Shown here: positions 19,171-28,857 of the stretch, piece after piece
Layout: each line of letters opens with the position of its first letter
Position numbering within the stretch: position 1 is the stretch's first letter
NCBI GenBank assembly: GCA_037441705.1
Contig: JBBIRR010000005.1
Span: 1-64,000, forward strand
DNA length: 64,000 bases
Reading direction: 5' to 3'
Source of the DNA: Ignavibacteriales bacterium
GTDB taxonomy: Bacteria; Bacteroidota; Ignavibacteria; UBA10030; UBA6906
Notes under the pieces: model-generated
What the model saw: only the letters and a program-made list of their open reading frames with translations
Database searches by the model: none
Told to the model about the DNA's origin: nothing
Made by a program: the position numbers and the translations under genes

Positions 19171-19596
19171 ATGAAGATTCTCTTGGTAGAAGATAACTTT
19201 GAACACCTGCGTCTCACGAAATATATCCTGCGCCATAATAATGTTCCGGGTGAGGTCTACGTCGTGCGCGACGGACAGGAGGCGCTCGACTATTTGTACA
19301 ACCGAAATCAGTTCGCCGATCCTGTAGCGAATCCCCGGCCCCATCTTGTGCTGCTCGATCTCAACATTCCGCGCATTAGCGGACGCGAGGTTCTCAAGAC
19401 GATCAAGGAAGATAAACGGCTCAGGCAAATCACCGTCGTGGTTCTCAGCTCTTCAGATCGGGAGGAGGATGTTGCCCAGGCATACGAGCTGGGAGCCTCG
19501 GCATACATCTCCAAGTCCGCCGGCTTCGAGCGACTGAACGAAGCTCTCTCGACCATTCATTTGTTTTCCACACTCCAGCAGCCTGCTTACCTGTAA
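19171..19596 (+). CDS. Single-domain response regulator (Rcp1-like)
   Basis: ILLVED, DGQEALDYL, LLDLNIP, VLSSS..EEDV..AY.LGA..YISK. Confidence 0.9.
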   Translation: MKILLVEDNFEHLRLTKYILRHNNVPGEVYVVRDGQEALDYLYNRNQFADPVANPRPHLVLLDLNIPRISGREVLKTIKEDKRLRQITVVVLSSSDREEDVAQAYELGASAYISKSAGFERLNEALSTIHLFSTLQQPAYL

Positions 19597-19741
19597 CCTG
19601 TTACCTGCGCAACGGAGACGCAGGCAGCAACGTATCTTCGGGGCGAGTGTGCAGACGGAAGAGAGAACGGATGCCTCTTCTTGAATGTCCTCGCCCTTCT
19701 TCGTACCTTGAACACGCATCAAAGCATTTCTCATCGGTTCC

Positions 19742-21049
19742 ATGTCATCTTCAGTTGTTGCTCTCGTCGGACGCCCCAACGTCGGGAAATCCACGCTGTT
19801 CAATCGCATCATCGGGCGACGGGATGCGATTGTGCATGACGTTCCGGGCGTGACGCGCGATCGCCACTATGCGCTGGGCGAATGGGCAGGCAAGCAGTTT
19901 TCGCTTGTCGATACGGGCGGCTACGTTCCCGAAGCCGAAGGTGTCATCGAATCGGCAATCCGGGAGCAGGCGCAGATCGCTATTGACGAGGCAGACGTTG
20001 TCCTGTTTGTCGTCGACGGGCAGACGGGTTTGCTTCCCACCGATTTTGCGATCGCGGAAATCCTGCGTCGTTCGGAGAAGAAGGTTGTTCTGGTCGTCAA
20101 CAAAATCGACGGTGAAAAACTGGAGCAGACACTCGGCGAATACTACCGGCTGGGCCTCGGCGATCCGGTTCCCGTCTCGGCGTTGGAAGGGCGAAAATCG
20201 GGCGACCTGCTTGATATCGTGACGCAGCATCTCACCACGAGTGCGGCGGAACCTGTTGACCCGCGCTTGAAGCTTGCGATCATCGGCAAGCCGAATGTCG
20301 GGAAATCCTCCTTCGTGAATGCTCTCCTGCAGGAGGAACGGCACATCGTCACGGACATTCCCGGCACGACGCGCGATCCCATCGATGCGATTCTAAAATA
20401 CTACGGTGAGGAAATATTGCTGATTGATACCGCGGGTTTGCGGAAACGCAGTCGTGTGAAAGAGAGCGTTGAGTTCTACAGCGCCATCCGAACCCTGAAG
20501 GCAATCGAGCGCTGCGATGTTGCGGTGGTTCTCCTCGATGCCGCGCAGGGGCTCGAGCATCAGGACCTGCGCATTCTCGAATCGGCGATCGAGCGCACGC
20601 GCGCCGTGCTCATCGCGGTGAACAAGTGGGATTTGATTGAAAAGGACGAACGAACAGCGCAGCAGTATGAGCGCGCACTCAAAGAGAGGCTGCGCCTCTA
20701 CGATTTCATTCCCATCATTTTCATCTCCGCGCTCACCCGGCAGCGCATCTACAAGGTGATCGACATGGCGAAGCAGGTGGACGCCGAGCAGAACAAACGC
20801 ATCAGCACCAGCGAATTGAACGACACCCTCGGTGCAGACATTCGAACCTTCCCTCCGCGAAGCCGGTCGGGCAAGGAAATCAAAATCAAATTCATCACGC
20901 AGGTGAAATCCAAACCTCCCGTGTTTGCCTTCTTCTGCAACGAGCCGAAACTCATTGACGATAACTACAGGCGGTATCTGCAGAACCGCATCCGCGCGCA
21001 TTTCGCGTTTGCTGGCGTTCCCATCGTTCTCTCATTCAAACCCAAATAA
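19742..21049 (+). CDS. der: Ribosome biogenesis GTPase Der (EngA)
   Basis: Two G domains: GRPNVGKS/DTGG/NKID and GKPNVGKS/DTAG/NKWD; KH-like C-terminus. Confidence 0.97.
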   Translation: MSSSVVALVGRPNVGKSTLFNRIIGRRDAIVHDVPGVTRDRHYALGEWAGKQFSLVDTGGYVPEAEGVIESAIREQAQIAIDEADVVLFVVDGQTGLLPTDFAIAEILRRSEKKVVLVVNKIDGEKLEQTLGEYYRLGLGDPVPVSALEGRKSGDLLDIVTQHLTTSAAEPVDPRLKLAIIGKPNVGKSSFVNALLQEERHIVTDIPGTTRDPIDAILKYYGEEILLIDTAGLRKRSRVKESVEFYSAIRTLKAIERCDVAVVLLDAAQGLEHQDLRILESAIERTRAVLIAVNKWDLIEKDERTAQQYERALKERLRLYDFIPIIFISALTRQRIYKVIDMAKQVDAEQNKRISTSELNDTLGADIRTFPPRSRSGKEIKIKFITQVKSKPPVFAFFCNEPKLIDDNYRRYLQNRIRAHFAFAGVPIVLSFKPK

Positions 21050-22405
21050 ATGCCGAAGCGAATCCTGGTCATAGGCGGACTGGCGGCGGGCCCAAGCGCT
21101 GCAAGCAAAGCAAAACGCACGAACCCTGAGTGTGAGGTTGTGCTCTTCGAGCAGGGCGAGCATATCTCCTACGGCATCTGTGAGATTCCCTACGCTCTCG
21201 CGGGCGAAGCGCCGTTTGAACGTCTCATCAGCTACACGCCGCAGCGCCTGCGTGAAGAGAAGGGTGTTGATGTGAGAATCCTTCATCGGGTCGAGGAGAT
21301 TCGCCCCACCAGAAGAACGATTATCGTGAGGGATCTGACCAACGGCAGTGTGATGGAGGAACGCTACGACAGACTCATCCTGGCCACGGGGTCCCGTCCC
21401 AGAACGTTAGGTGTACCGGGCGAACATGCCCGGAACGTCTTTACCATAAAATCCCTTTCCGACGCATTTGTGTTGGAGAAGTTCCTCGCCGATGAAAAAC
21501 CGAAGCAGGCGGTGATTATCGGAGGGGGGTATATTGGGATGGAAATGGCTGATGCGCTGCGGTCGCGCGGACTGCAGGTGACACTGGTCCATCTATACAG
21601 TTTGCCCATGAACGGGCTTGAGCGCGACGCGCGTGAGCGCGTCCGCACGGAACTGGAGAAGCATGGGGTTCAGTTTGTTGCACACGCAACCACGGAGGGT
21701 CTTGTCGTCGGCGAGGCGCAGCGCGTAACGCATGTAGTGACGGACAAGGGAAGCTTCGAAACGGACCTCGTTATCCTCGCGCTCGGAGTCGTTCCCAACA
21801 GCGAGTTGGCCTCACACGCCGGCGTCCGCACCGGCGTGCGCGGCGGCATTCTGACCGATCAACGGCAGCAGACGAACCTCGACAACATCTACGCTGCCGG
21901 TGATTGCTGTGCGGTGAAAAATCTTGTCAGCAACGCGATGACCTACATTCCGCTTGCGACGCTCGCGAGCAAGCAGGGGTGGGTTGCGGGAGAGAACGCC
22001 GCGGGCGGCAAGGCGGTGTTCCGCGGCGCCGTCCACGCCATTGCCGTGCGCGTCTTCGGACTTGAAGTGGCACGGGTTGGCCTCAGTTCAGAAGAAGCGC
22101 AACAGGCAGGCTTCGACGTCATGACGGAGACAATCACGTCCTGGTCGAAGGTGGCGATGATGCCCGGCAGCAAGAAACTCTGGATTCGAGCGATTGCGGA
22201 TAAACGGTCGCGTCGCCTCGTCGGCGTGAACGTGTTGGGAGAGGATGGCGCTGTGCTGCGCGCCAATACCTTTGCCGTAGCCATTCAGCAGAAGATGACG
22301 ATCGAAGAGATTGCTCAATGGGATCTGGTGTACTCGCCGCCGTTCACGCCGCTGTGGGACCCGCTGCTGGTGACGGCAAATGTGTTGAAGAAGAAGTTGG
22401 GATGA
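21050..22405 (+). CDS. CoA-disulfide reductase / NADH oxidase-like flavoprotein
   Basis: IGGLAAG, SYGICEIPY (redox Cys), LATGS, IGGGYIG, YAAGDC, YSPPF. Confidence 0.85.
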   Translation: MPKRILVIGGLAAGPSAASKAKRTNPECEVVLFEQGEHISYGICEIPYALAGEAPFERLISYTPQRLREEKGVDVRILHRVEEIRPTRRTIIVRDLTNGSVMEERYDRLILATGSRPRTLGVPGEHARNVFTIKSLSDAFVLEKFLADEKPKQAVIIGGGYIGMEMADALRSRGLQVTLVHLYSLPMNGLERDARERVRTELEKHGVQFVAHATTEGLVVGEAQRVTHVVTDKGSFETDLVILALGVVPNSELASHAGVRTGVRGGILTDQRQQTNLDNIYAAGDCCAVKNLVSNAMTYIPLATLASKQGWVAGENAAGGKAVFRGAVHAIAVRVFGLEVARVGLSSEEAQQAGFDVMTETITSWSKVAMMPGSKKLWIRAIADKRSRRLVGVNVLGEDGAVLRANTFAVAIQQKMTIEEIAQWDLVYSPPFTPLWDPLLVTANVLKKKLG

Positions 22406-22448
22406 ACAACGACGGGCAGCATTGCACTCATCTACCGAGAAGGACTGT

Positions 22449-23075
22449 ATGAAGAACCTCATCATCATTGACCACCCCCTCATCAAACGCGACCTTTCGA
22501 TTCTACGCAACCGGAAGACCGACAGCCATCTCTTTCGTACAACACTGCGTCGCGTCGCGTCGGTGATGGCCTTTCATGTCACGCACGATTTGAAGTTGCG
22601 CGTGCAGCCCGTGGAAACGCCGCTGGAGAAAACCAAAGGCTACACCCTTGCCGAGGATATCATCATTGTGCCGGTGCTGCGAGCCGGGCTGGGGCTGGTC
22701 GACGGGTTTCTGGATTTCCTGCCCGAAGCGAAGGTCGGGCACGTTGGGCTATATCGGAATGAAGAGACATTGAAGCCCGTGGACTACTATTCGAAGTTCC
22801 CTCGCAATCTTCACAAAAGCCTCGTGTTGCTTCTCGATCCCATGCTTGCCACCGGTGGAAGCGGCGCCGCGGCAATCACGTTTCTCAAGAACAAAGGCGC
22901 GAAACGCATCCGCTTCGTCAGTCTGCTGGCGGCTCCCGAAGGCGTGCGGAAGATCGCCCGCGAGCACCCTGATGTGACAATGTTCACGGCGGTGCTCGAT
23001 CGTCGGCTGAACGCGCACGGCTATATCCTTCCGGGATTGGGCGATGCCGGTGACAGAATCTTCGGTACCGAGTAG
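22449..23075 (+). CDS. upp: Uracil phosphoribosyltransferase
   Basis: VPVLRAG, LDPMLATGGS, YILPGLGDAGDR. Confidence 0.96.
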   Translation: MKNLIIIDHPLIKRDLSILRNRKTDSHLFRTTLRRVASVMAFHVTHDLKLRVQPVETPLEKTKGYTLAEDIIIVPVLRAGLGLVDGFLDFLPEAKVGHVGLYRNEETLKPVDYYSKFPRNLHKSLVLLLDPMLATGGSGAAAITFLKNKGAKRIRFVSLLAAPEGVRKIAREHPDVTMFTAVLDRRLNAHGYILPGLGDAGDRIFGTE

Positions 23076-23090
23076 GCGCGATGCGCCTGC

Positions 23091-23119
23091 TTGACAATCC
23101 TTCCGCAACCACCTATATT
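23091..23119 (+). promoter_or_regulatory. Sigma70-type promoter of the rel operon
   Basis: TTGACA-N17-TATATT. Confidence 0.75.
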
Positions 23120-23236
23120 TTTGTAGGAAAGGAGAATTCGAAGGACGAAGGCAAGACACCACGGCGATGAGCGTGTTGCAGACACCGTTATAGCTTCGTA
23201 CGAAGCGTGGCTTGACCTCCCGATGTGCAGACGAGT

Positions 23237-25426
23237 ATGACGAACCGAAAGTACAAAGAAAAGCTTGATGAACTTCTGCTCGTCTGCCGCAAACATCTCT
23301 ACAAGGTGGATGAGCCGCTGATTCGCCGTGCGTTCGAGTTTGGATTCAATGCCCACCGCTTCGACAAACGTGCCTCCGGCGAACCGTTCTTCGAGCATCC
23401 CTACGAAGTCGCCCGCATCGTTGCCAAAGAAATTCCCCTCGATGATATCTCCGTTGCTGCCGCGCTGCTGCACGATGTTGCCGAGGATACCGAGTATCAG
23501 ATTCGAGACATCCGCGCGGAATTCGGCGACACGATTGCCGATATTGTTGATGGCGCAACCAAAATCTCCAGCGTCAACTTCACCAGCATCGAAGCCACAC
23601 AGGCTGAGAACTACCGCAAGATGCTCCTGTCGATGGTGAACGACATCCGGGTGATGCTGGTGAAATTTGCCGACCGGCTGCACAATATGCGCACGATCGA
23701 CTTTCTGCCGCCCGAACGGCAGAAGCGCATTGCGCGCGAGACGCTGGAGGTGTACGCGCCGTTTGCACACCGGTTCGGTCTGGCCAACATCAAATGGGAG
23801 ATGGAAGACCTCGCGTTCAAAACTCTTCAACGAGAGGATTACGATGCGATTGCCCGCGAGCTGAAAGCGCAGCGCCGCGAGCGCGAGCGCTACCTCAGGG
23901 AGTTCGCCAGGCCGATTGAAGAACGGCTGCGTCAGGAGAATTTCAAATTCGAGCTGAGCGCTCGCCCCAAGCACATCTATAGTATTTACAACAAGATGGT
24001 CAAGCGGAACAAACCGCTCAGCGAGATCTACGACCTGTTTGCTGTTCGGATCATCATTGACTCGGCGGATGAGCGAGACTGCTACAACGTGCTTGGCATT
24101 GTCTCGGCGATCTACCAGGCCAACTCCGAACGGTTCAAGGATTACATTTCCCTCCCGAAACAAAACGGGTACCGGTCTATTCACACGACCGTGATGGGTC
24201 CGGGGGGAAAAATGGTGGAGGTGCAGATTCGGACGAAGGCCATGCACGAAATTGCCGAACGGGGCGTCGCAGCACACTGGGCGTACAAGGAAGACGCGCA
24301 GAAGATTGACGAGAAACTGCGCAACTGGGTAAACTGGATCCGCGACTTGATTGAAAACGCCGGCGACGATGAAACCGAAGGCAACCACGTGATGGAGAGT
24401 TTCAAGCTGAGTCTCTTTCAAGACGAGATCTACGTCTTCACGCCCAAAGGCGACCTGAAGATTCTGCCGAAAGGGGCCACGCCCATTGATTTCGCATACG
24501 AGATTCACTCGAAGGTGGGAGACCATTGCATCGCCGCCAAGGTCAACAGCAGGATCGTCCCTCTCGACACGCAGTTACGCAGCGGCGACCAGGTCGAAAT
24601 CATCACCTCCAAAAATCAAACACCCAATCCCGACTGGGAAAAATTTGCTGTCTCCCATAAGGCCAAGGCCCACATCCGCCGCTGGATCAAGGAAGAGCAG
24701 AGAAAGGCTATTGAAGAGGGAAAGGGAATCTGGGAGAAGAAACTCAAGAAGGCAAAACTCAGCATTAACGAAGACGAGCTACAGGCCTTTCTTACCCGAC
24801 AAAAAATCGAAAACGTCGGCAGGTTCTATCTTGCGATTCAGCAGGAGAAGGTGAATCCCGATGAGATTATCAAACTGATTCAGGATGACCAACGGCATGC
24901 GCCGGCCGTCGTCACGCCCGAAGGAAAAGTCGAAGGGCTGTTCGACAAGTTCATCAGCACCGCGAGAGGAATTGCGGCAGGCATCGTGCTGAACGGTGCG
25001 CAGGAAAACTATCTGCATAGCTATGCCAAGTGCTGCAACCCCATTCCGGGCGACGCCGTTGTCGGCTTCGTAACACAGGGCGAAGGGGTGAAGATCCATC
25101 GGCGCTCGTGCAAGAACATCCAGCTCATGCTGAAAATGGACCCTCACCGAGTTGTGGATGTTCAATGGCCCACCGAGAACAGCGCGATGTTTGTTGCGGG
25201 CGTGCGCATCGTGGGCGAAGATCGAACGGGCATGCTGAGCGACATTACCCATGCTATCTCGACGTATCAAAATACGAACATCAGAAGCGTCAACCTCGAT
25301 TCACGTGATAGCATGTTCGAGGGGGTGTTCGTCATCAACGTGAAGGACACCGAGCATCTGCAGCGTCTGCTGGAGCGCATCAGGAAAATCAAGGGCATCA
25401 CTCAGGCGGAGCGATTGGAGCAGTGA
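23237..25426 (+). CDS. rel: Bifunctional (p)ppGpp synthetase/hydrolase (long RSH)
   Basis: RASGEP..HP, LHDVAED (intact HD), RPKHIYS, YRSIHT, EVQIRT, TGS (FTPKG), CCNPIPGD, ACT domain. Confidence 0.95.
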   Translation: MTNRKYKEKLDELLLVCRKHLYKVDEPLIRRAFEFGFNAHRFDKRASGEPFFEHPYEVARIVAKEIPLDDISVAAALLHDVAEDTEYQIRDIRAEFGDTIADIVDGATKISSVNFTSIEATQAENYRKMLLSMVNDIRVMLVKFADRLHNMRTIDFLPPERQKRIARETLEVYAPFAHRFGLANIKWEMEDLAFKTLQREDYDAIARELKAQRRERERYLREFARPIEERLRQENFKFELSARPKHIYSIYNKMVKRNKPLSEIYDLFAVRIIIDSADERDCYNVLGIVSAIYQANSERFKDYISLPKQNGYRSIHTTVMGPGGKMVEVQIRTKAMHEIAERGVAAHWAYKEDAQKIDEKLRNWVNWIRDLIENAGDDETEGNHVMESFKLSLFQDEIYVFTPKGDLKILPKGATPIDFAYEIHSKVGDHCIAAKVNSRIVPLDTQLRSGDQVEIITSKNQTPNPDWEKFAVSHKAKAHIRRWIKEEQRKAIEEGKGIWEKKLKKAKLSINEDELQAFLTRQKIENVGRFYLAIQQEKVNPDEIIKLIQDDQRHAPAVVTPEGKVEGLFDKFISTARGIAAGIVLNGAQENYLHSYAKCCNPIPGDAVVGFVTQGEGVKIHRRSCKNIQLMLKMDPHRVVDVQWPTENSAMFVAGVRIVGEDRTGMLSDITHAISTYQNTNIRSVNLDSRDSMFEGVFVINVKDTEHLQRLLERIRKIKGITQAERLEQ

Positions 25427-25860
25427 CCTACGGGCGGATTCTCGGCATTGACTACGGCACAAAGCGCATCGGCGTGGCCGTGAGTGATCCGACGCAGCTC
25501 ATCGCCCGCGGCGTTGCAACCCTGCCCAATGACAGGCGCATCATGGAACGGCTCGCCGAGATAATTGCAAAAGAAGAAGTCACTGCAATTGTGGTCGGCA
25601 TGCCGTACAGTTCCGACGGAGGCAAAGGACAGAAGGCGCGCGAGGTCGAGGCATTCATCCGGCGCTTGCAGAACTCCACAGGACTCGACGTGGCCACGTG
25701 GGATGAAAGCTACTCGTCGGTGCGGGCACACCGGTTGCTCATTGACATCGGGATGAAAAAAAAGAAACGCCAGGAGAAAGCACGCGTGGACACGATGGCG
25801 GCACGCGTGATGCTGCAAGAGTATCTCGACCATCGAAAGGAATCGGCGAAGATCGGGTGA
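25423..25860 (+). CDS. ruvX: YqgF/RuvX family nuclease
   Basis: ILGIDYGTKRIGVAVSD, VVGMP, WDESYSS, VDTMAA. GTGA overlap with rel. Confidence 0.93.
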   Translation: MTYGRILGIDYGTKRIGVAVSDPTQLIARGVATLPNDRRIMERLAEIIAKEEVTAIVVGMPYSSDGGKGQKAREVEAFIRRLQNSTGLDVATWDESYSSVRAHRLLIDIGMKKKKRQEKARVDTMAARVMLQEYLDHRKESAKIG

Positions 25861-26783
25861 GCGAGCACCAGCCAGAAGAGGACCCCCGTGTGGAGAACGG
25901 GATGCGCGGCCGTACGCGGCGTCTCTTCCTTTGGGCGTCAACCCATAAGGCACAAGCAGTGCTGGCTCTGCTGGGAGTTGTTCTGCTCTACGAACTGCTG
26001 ACCATTCCGTGGTTCAGCGTTCCGCGTCTGCAGCACGAAAACCCGACTGAGACAGCCTTGATGCGGCAACGGCGCGAGGAGGCGGAGGATGGCCAGAAGC
26101 CCTACACGATACGGCACCGATGGATTCCGCTCGCGCGCATTCCGCGGCACGTCGTGAACGCCGTTGTGGTTGCCGAGGATGGTACGTTCTGGGAACACGG
26201 CGGGTTCGATTGGTACGAATTCAAGGAGTCGCTGAAGAAAAATTGGGAGAAGAAACGGGCAGTGCGCGGCGCGAGCACGATTACGCAGCAGCTCGCAAAG
26301 AATCTCTATCTCTCGACCTCGAAAGACCCGATCCGGAAGCTGAAGGAGTGGATCATTACCCTCTTGCTCGAATCGTATCTCGATAAGAACAGAATTCTTG
26401 AATTGTATTTGAATGTAATCGAATGGGGACGAGGAATCTTCGGCATCGAAGCAGCCGCGCAGGCGTATTTTCATCGCTCCGCAAGCTCGCTCACCGTAGA
26501 GCAAGCTCTGCGCCTGGCTGCCGTCATTCCGAGTCCGTTGAAACACAAACCGACCGACAGCTCCCGTTGGGTGGCATATCGAACCAACATCGTTTTGCAG
26601 CGCATGCAAGGCAGACGCTACTTTGAAGCGGACGAACCGCCAGAGGAAGACGAACCTACTCAAGAACTAACAAAGGAGAAGCCGTCAAGTTCACCAGCAC
26701 CTGAACCATCGCCCGCAGACACCGGGAACGTGTCCGCTCCAATCCCACAAGATTCCACGGACATTGAAAGGGGACCGCAATGA
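25857..26783 (+). CDS. mtgA: Monofunctional peptidoglycan transglycosylase
   Basis: AEDGTF..HGG, RGASTITQQLAKNL, RKLKE, ELYLNVIEWG, LAAVIPSP; Pro/acidic tail. Confidence 0.92.
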   Translation: MSEHQPEEDPRVENGMRGRTRRLFLWASTHKAQAVLALLGVVLLYELLTIPWFSVPRLQHENPTETALMRQRREEAEDGQKPYTIRHRWIPLARIPRHVVNAVVVAEDGTFWEHGGFDWYEFKESLKKNWEKKRAVRGASTITQQLAKNLYLSTSKDPIRKLKEWIITLLLESYLDKNRILELYLNVIEWGRGIFGIEAAAQAYFHRSASSLTVEQALRLAAVIPSPLKHKPTDSSRWVAYRTNIVLQRMQGRRYFEADEPPEEDEPTQELTKEKPSSSPAPEPSPADTGNVSAPIPQDSTDIERGPQ

Positions 26784-27451
26784 CTTACAAAGATGTACTG
26801 CGCCTGATTGAAGAAGGAGAAGGATTTGAGATCGAATTCAAGCGCAAGGTGTCGACGCCCGAAAAACTTGCGCGAACACTCATTGCTCTGGCCAATACCA
26901 AAGGAGGCTACATCCTGTTCGGCGTGGACGACGACGGTTCCATTGTCGGCGTCGAGAGTGAGAAAAGCGAAGTAGAACTCATCGAGCACGCCGGCCGTGC
27001 GTACTGTGTTCCGGCGATCCATCCCATCGTGGACATTGTGCCGTTCGATGGCAGCGACGTTATCGTCGTGTACGTCCCGGAAAGTGATGACAAGCCGCAT
27101 TACTTCACCGGCAACGTCAACGGCGATGCGCAAGAGGTCGAGTCCACGCGTGTGTACATCCGCGTGCATGACAAGACCGTCATGGCCAGTAAGGAAGTGG
27201 TGAAGATTCTCCGCAGCGAACGTCCCGATGCCAAACCCATCAAGATCGAGATTGGAGAGAATGAGAAACGATTGTTCCGGCACCTCGAAGAGCACGAGCG
27301 GATTACCGTGGCCGAGTTTGCCCGGCTGGTGAACATCTCGGAGCGCAGAGCGTCGCGCATCCTGGTGGCGCTGGTTCGTGCCGGGGTGGTGAGGATTCAC
27401 ACGTTGGAGAAGAGAGACTACTTCACGCTTGCGCATTCGCTCAACGCGTGA
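26780..27451 (+). CDS. AlbA_2 (Schlafen core) domain protein with C-terminal winged HTH
   Basis: EGEGFEIEFK, ALANTKGGYILFGVDDDG, YIR; ITVAEFARLVNISERRASRIL HTH. Confidence 0.85.
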   Translation: MTYKDVLRLIEEGEGFEIEFKRKVSTPEKLARTLIALANTKGGYILFGVDDDGSIVGVESEKSEVELIEHAGRAYCVPAIHPIVDIVPFDGSDVIVVYVPESDDKPHYFTGNVNGDAQEVESTRVYIRVHDKTVMASKEVVKILRSERPDAKPIKIEIGENEKRLFRHLEEHERITVAEFARLVNISERRASRILVALVRAGVVRIHTLEKRDYFTLAHSLNA

Positions 27452-28001
27452 ATGCGGCAGCGCGTGGCTCCTGGTTCCAGATTCTCACTAACTCGAACAG
27501 GGCGATGCCGTAGGCAACGGCAGCGTTGAGGGACTGCTTCGTGCCGTACATGGGAATCTCGATCGCCAGATCAGCCGCAGCAAGTACCTCCGGTGAGATG
27601 CCCGTGATCTCGTTTCCCACAACCAGGCATATCGGAAAGTCTTCACGGCGGACAGCCGTGTACGGAATGCTGGAGGTGGTATGCTCTAACACGCACACCC
27701 TCGCCCCCTCGCGGCGAACGGCAGCGAGGCATTCGCCCGGCGATCTGTAATGCTCCCACGGGACGGTCTCGGTTGCTCCGAGTGCCGTCTTCTCAATTTC
27801 CTTTCGGGGCGGGTGCGGAGTGTAGCCGCAGAGGAACAGCTTCCGGACCAACGCCCCATCCGACGTGCGGAACATCGAACCGACATTGTAGAGACTCCGG
27901 ATATTATCCAACATTCCATAAATCGGAAAGCGCTCAACCAGGCTAATGTGGTTTCGGGGGAGCCTTCGGGCGGCGATCTCGTCGTGACTCAGTTTTCTCA
28001 T
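27441..28001 (-). CDS. SpoU/TrmH family RNA methyltransferase
   Basis: LDNIRSLYNVGSMFRT, KTALGA, VVGNEITG, IPMYGTKQSLNAAVA. Confidence 0.9.
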   Translation of the reverse strand: MRKLSHDEIAARRLPRNHISLVERFPIYGMLDNIRSLYNVGSMFRTSDGALVRKLFLCGYTPHPPRKEIEKTALGATETVPWEHYRSPGECLAAVRREGARVCVLEHTTSSIPYTAVRREDFPICLVVGNEITGISPEVLAAADLAIEIPMYGTKQSLNAAVAYGIALFELVRIWNQEPRAAAFTR

Positions 28002-28099
28002 TCCTTGGAGACGGTTGTGGTGGTGCTCGTACGGTCTTGATCGAACCATACCAATGTAGGGATTGGGCAATTCTTATCCAACGGAAGGAACGACCCGGG

Positions 28100-28128
28100 T
28101 TGCCATCCGTTCATGATTTGGTTATATT
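28100..28128 (+). promoter_or_regulatory. Sigma70-type promoter of cmk-ispH-rpsA
   Basis: TTGCCA-N17-TATATT, 33 nt before the cmk start. Confidence 0.65.
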
Positions 28129-28161
28129 AAGTCCCCGGTTATCTGTAGAATTTGATTTCAT

Positions 28162-28857
28162 TTGAGCAGGAAGAAGTTAGTCATTGCCATAGACGGACCC
28201 GCGGCATCGGGCAAGTCCACGACGGCAAAACTGGTAGCCGCACGGCTGGGCTACCTGCACATTGATACCGGGGCGATGTACCGGGCGTTTACTCTCAAGC
28301 TTCTGCGCAGCGGGCTGGACGGGTTTTACTCGAGAAAAATCGCGCAGCTCGCCGAAGCAACACGTATCGAACTTCAGCCCGAGAACGGTTCTTTGAAAGT
28401 TCTGTTGGACGGCGAAGATGTTACCGAGAAGATCCGATCGCCCGAGGTGACCGCAGCAGTCAGTTCCGTCAGTACGGTACGGGAAGTTCGTCTTGCGATG
28501 GTGAAGGAACAGCGACGCCTCGGTAAGGCGGGCGGTGTGGTGCTGGAGGGCAGAGACATCGGAACCGTCGTGTTTCCCGACGCTGACCTGAAAATCTTCA
28601 TGGTAGCCAGCATCGAAGCGCGGGCGCTGCGGAGGCAACGTGAGATGGAGGCGCAAGGGATTGTTGCCGACCTCGAAACGCTGATCAAGGAAATCCGCGA
28701 ACGCGATGAAAAGGACTCGAGCCGAGAGGAAAGCCCGCTCCGCAAAGCCGACGACGCCATCGAGCTGGATACCTCAACCATGACGATTGATGAGCAGGTC
28801 GAGTTCGTGGTACAGAAGGCGAAAGAGAAAATTGCTGCATTGGAAAACGCGACGTGA
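28162..28857 (+). CDS. cmk: Cytidylate kinase
   Basis: IAIDGPAASGKST, DTGAMYR, EGRDIGTVVFPDA. Confidence 0.96.
   Translation: MSRKKLVIAIDGPAASGKSTTAKLVAARLGYLHIDTGAMYRAFTLKLLRSGLDGFYSRKIAQLAEATRIELQPENGSLKVLLDGEDVTEKIRSPEVTAAVSSVSTVREVRLAMVKEQRRLGKAGGVVLEGRDIGTVVFPDADLKIFMVASIEARALRRQREMEAQGIVADLETLIKEIRERDEKDSSREESPLRKADDAIELDTSTMTIDEQVEFVVQKAKEKIAALENAT

Noticed and set aside
23021-24526. 501-aa minus-strand ORF
   Set aside because: Antisense shadow of rel.
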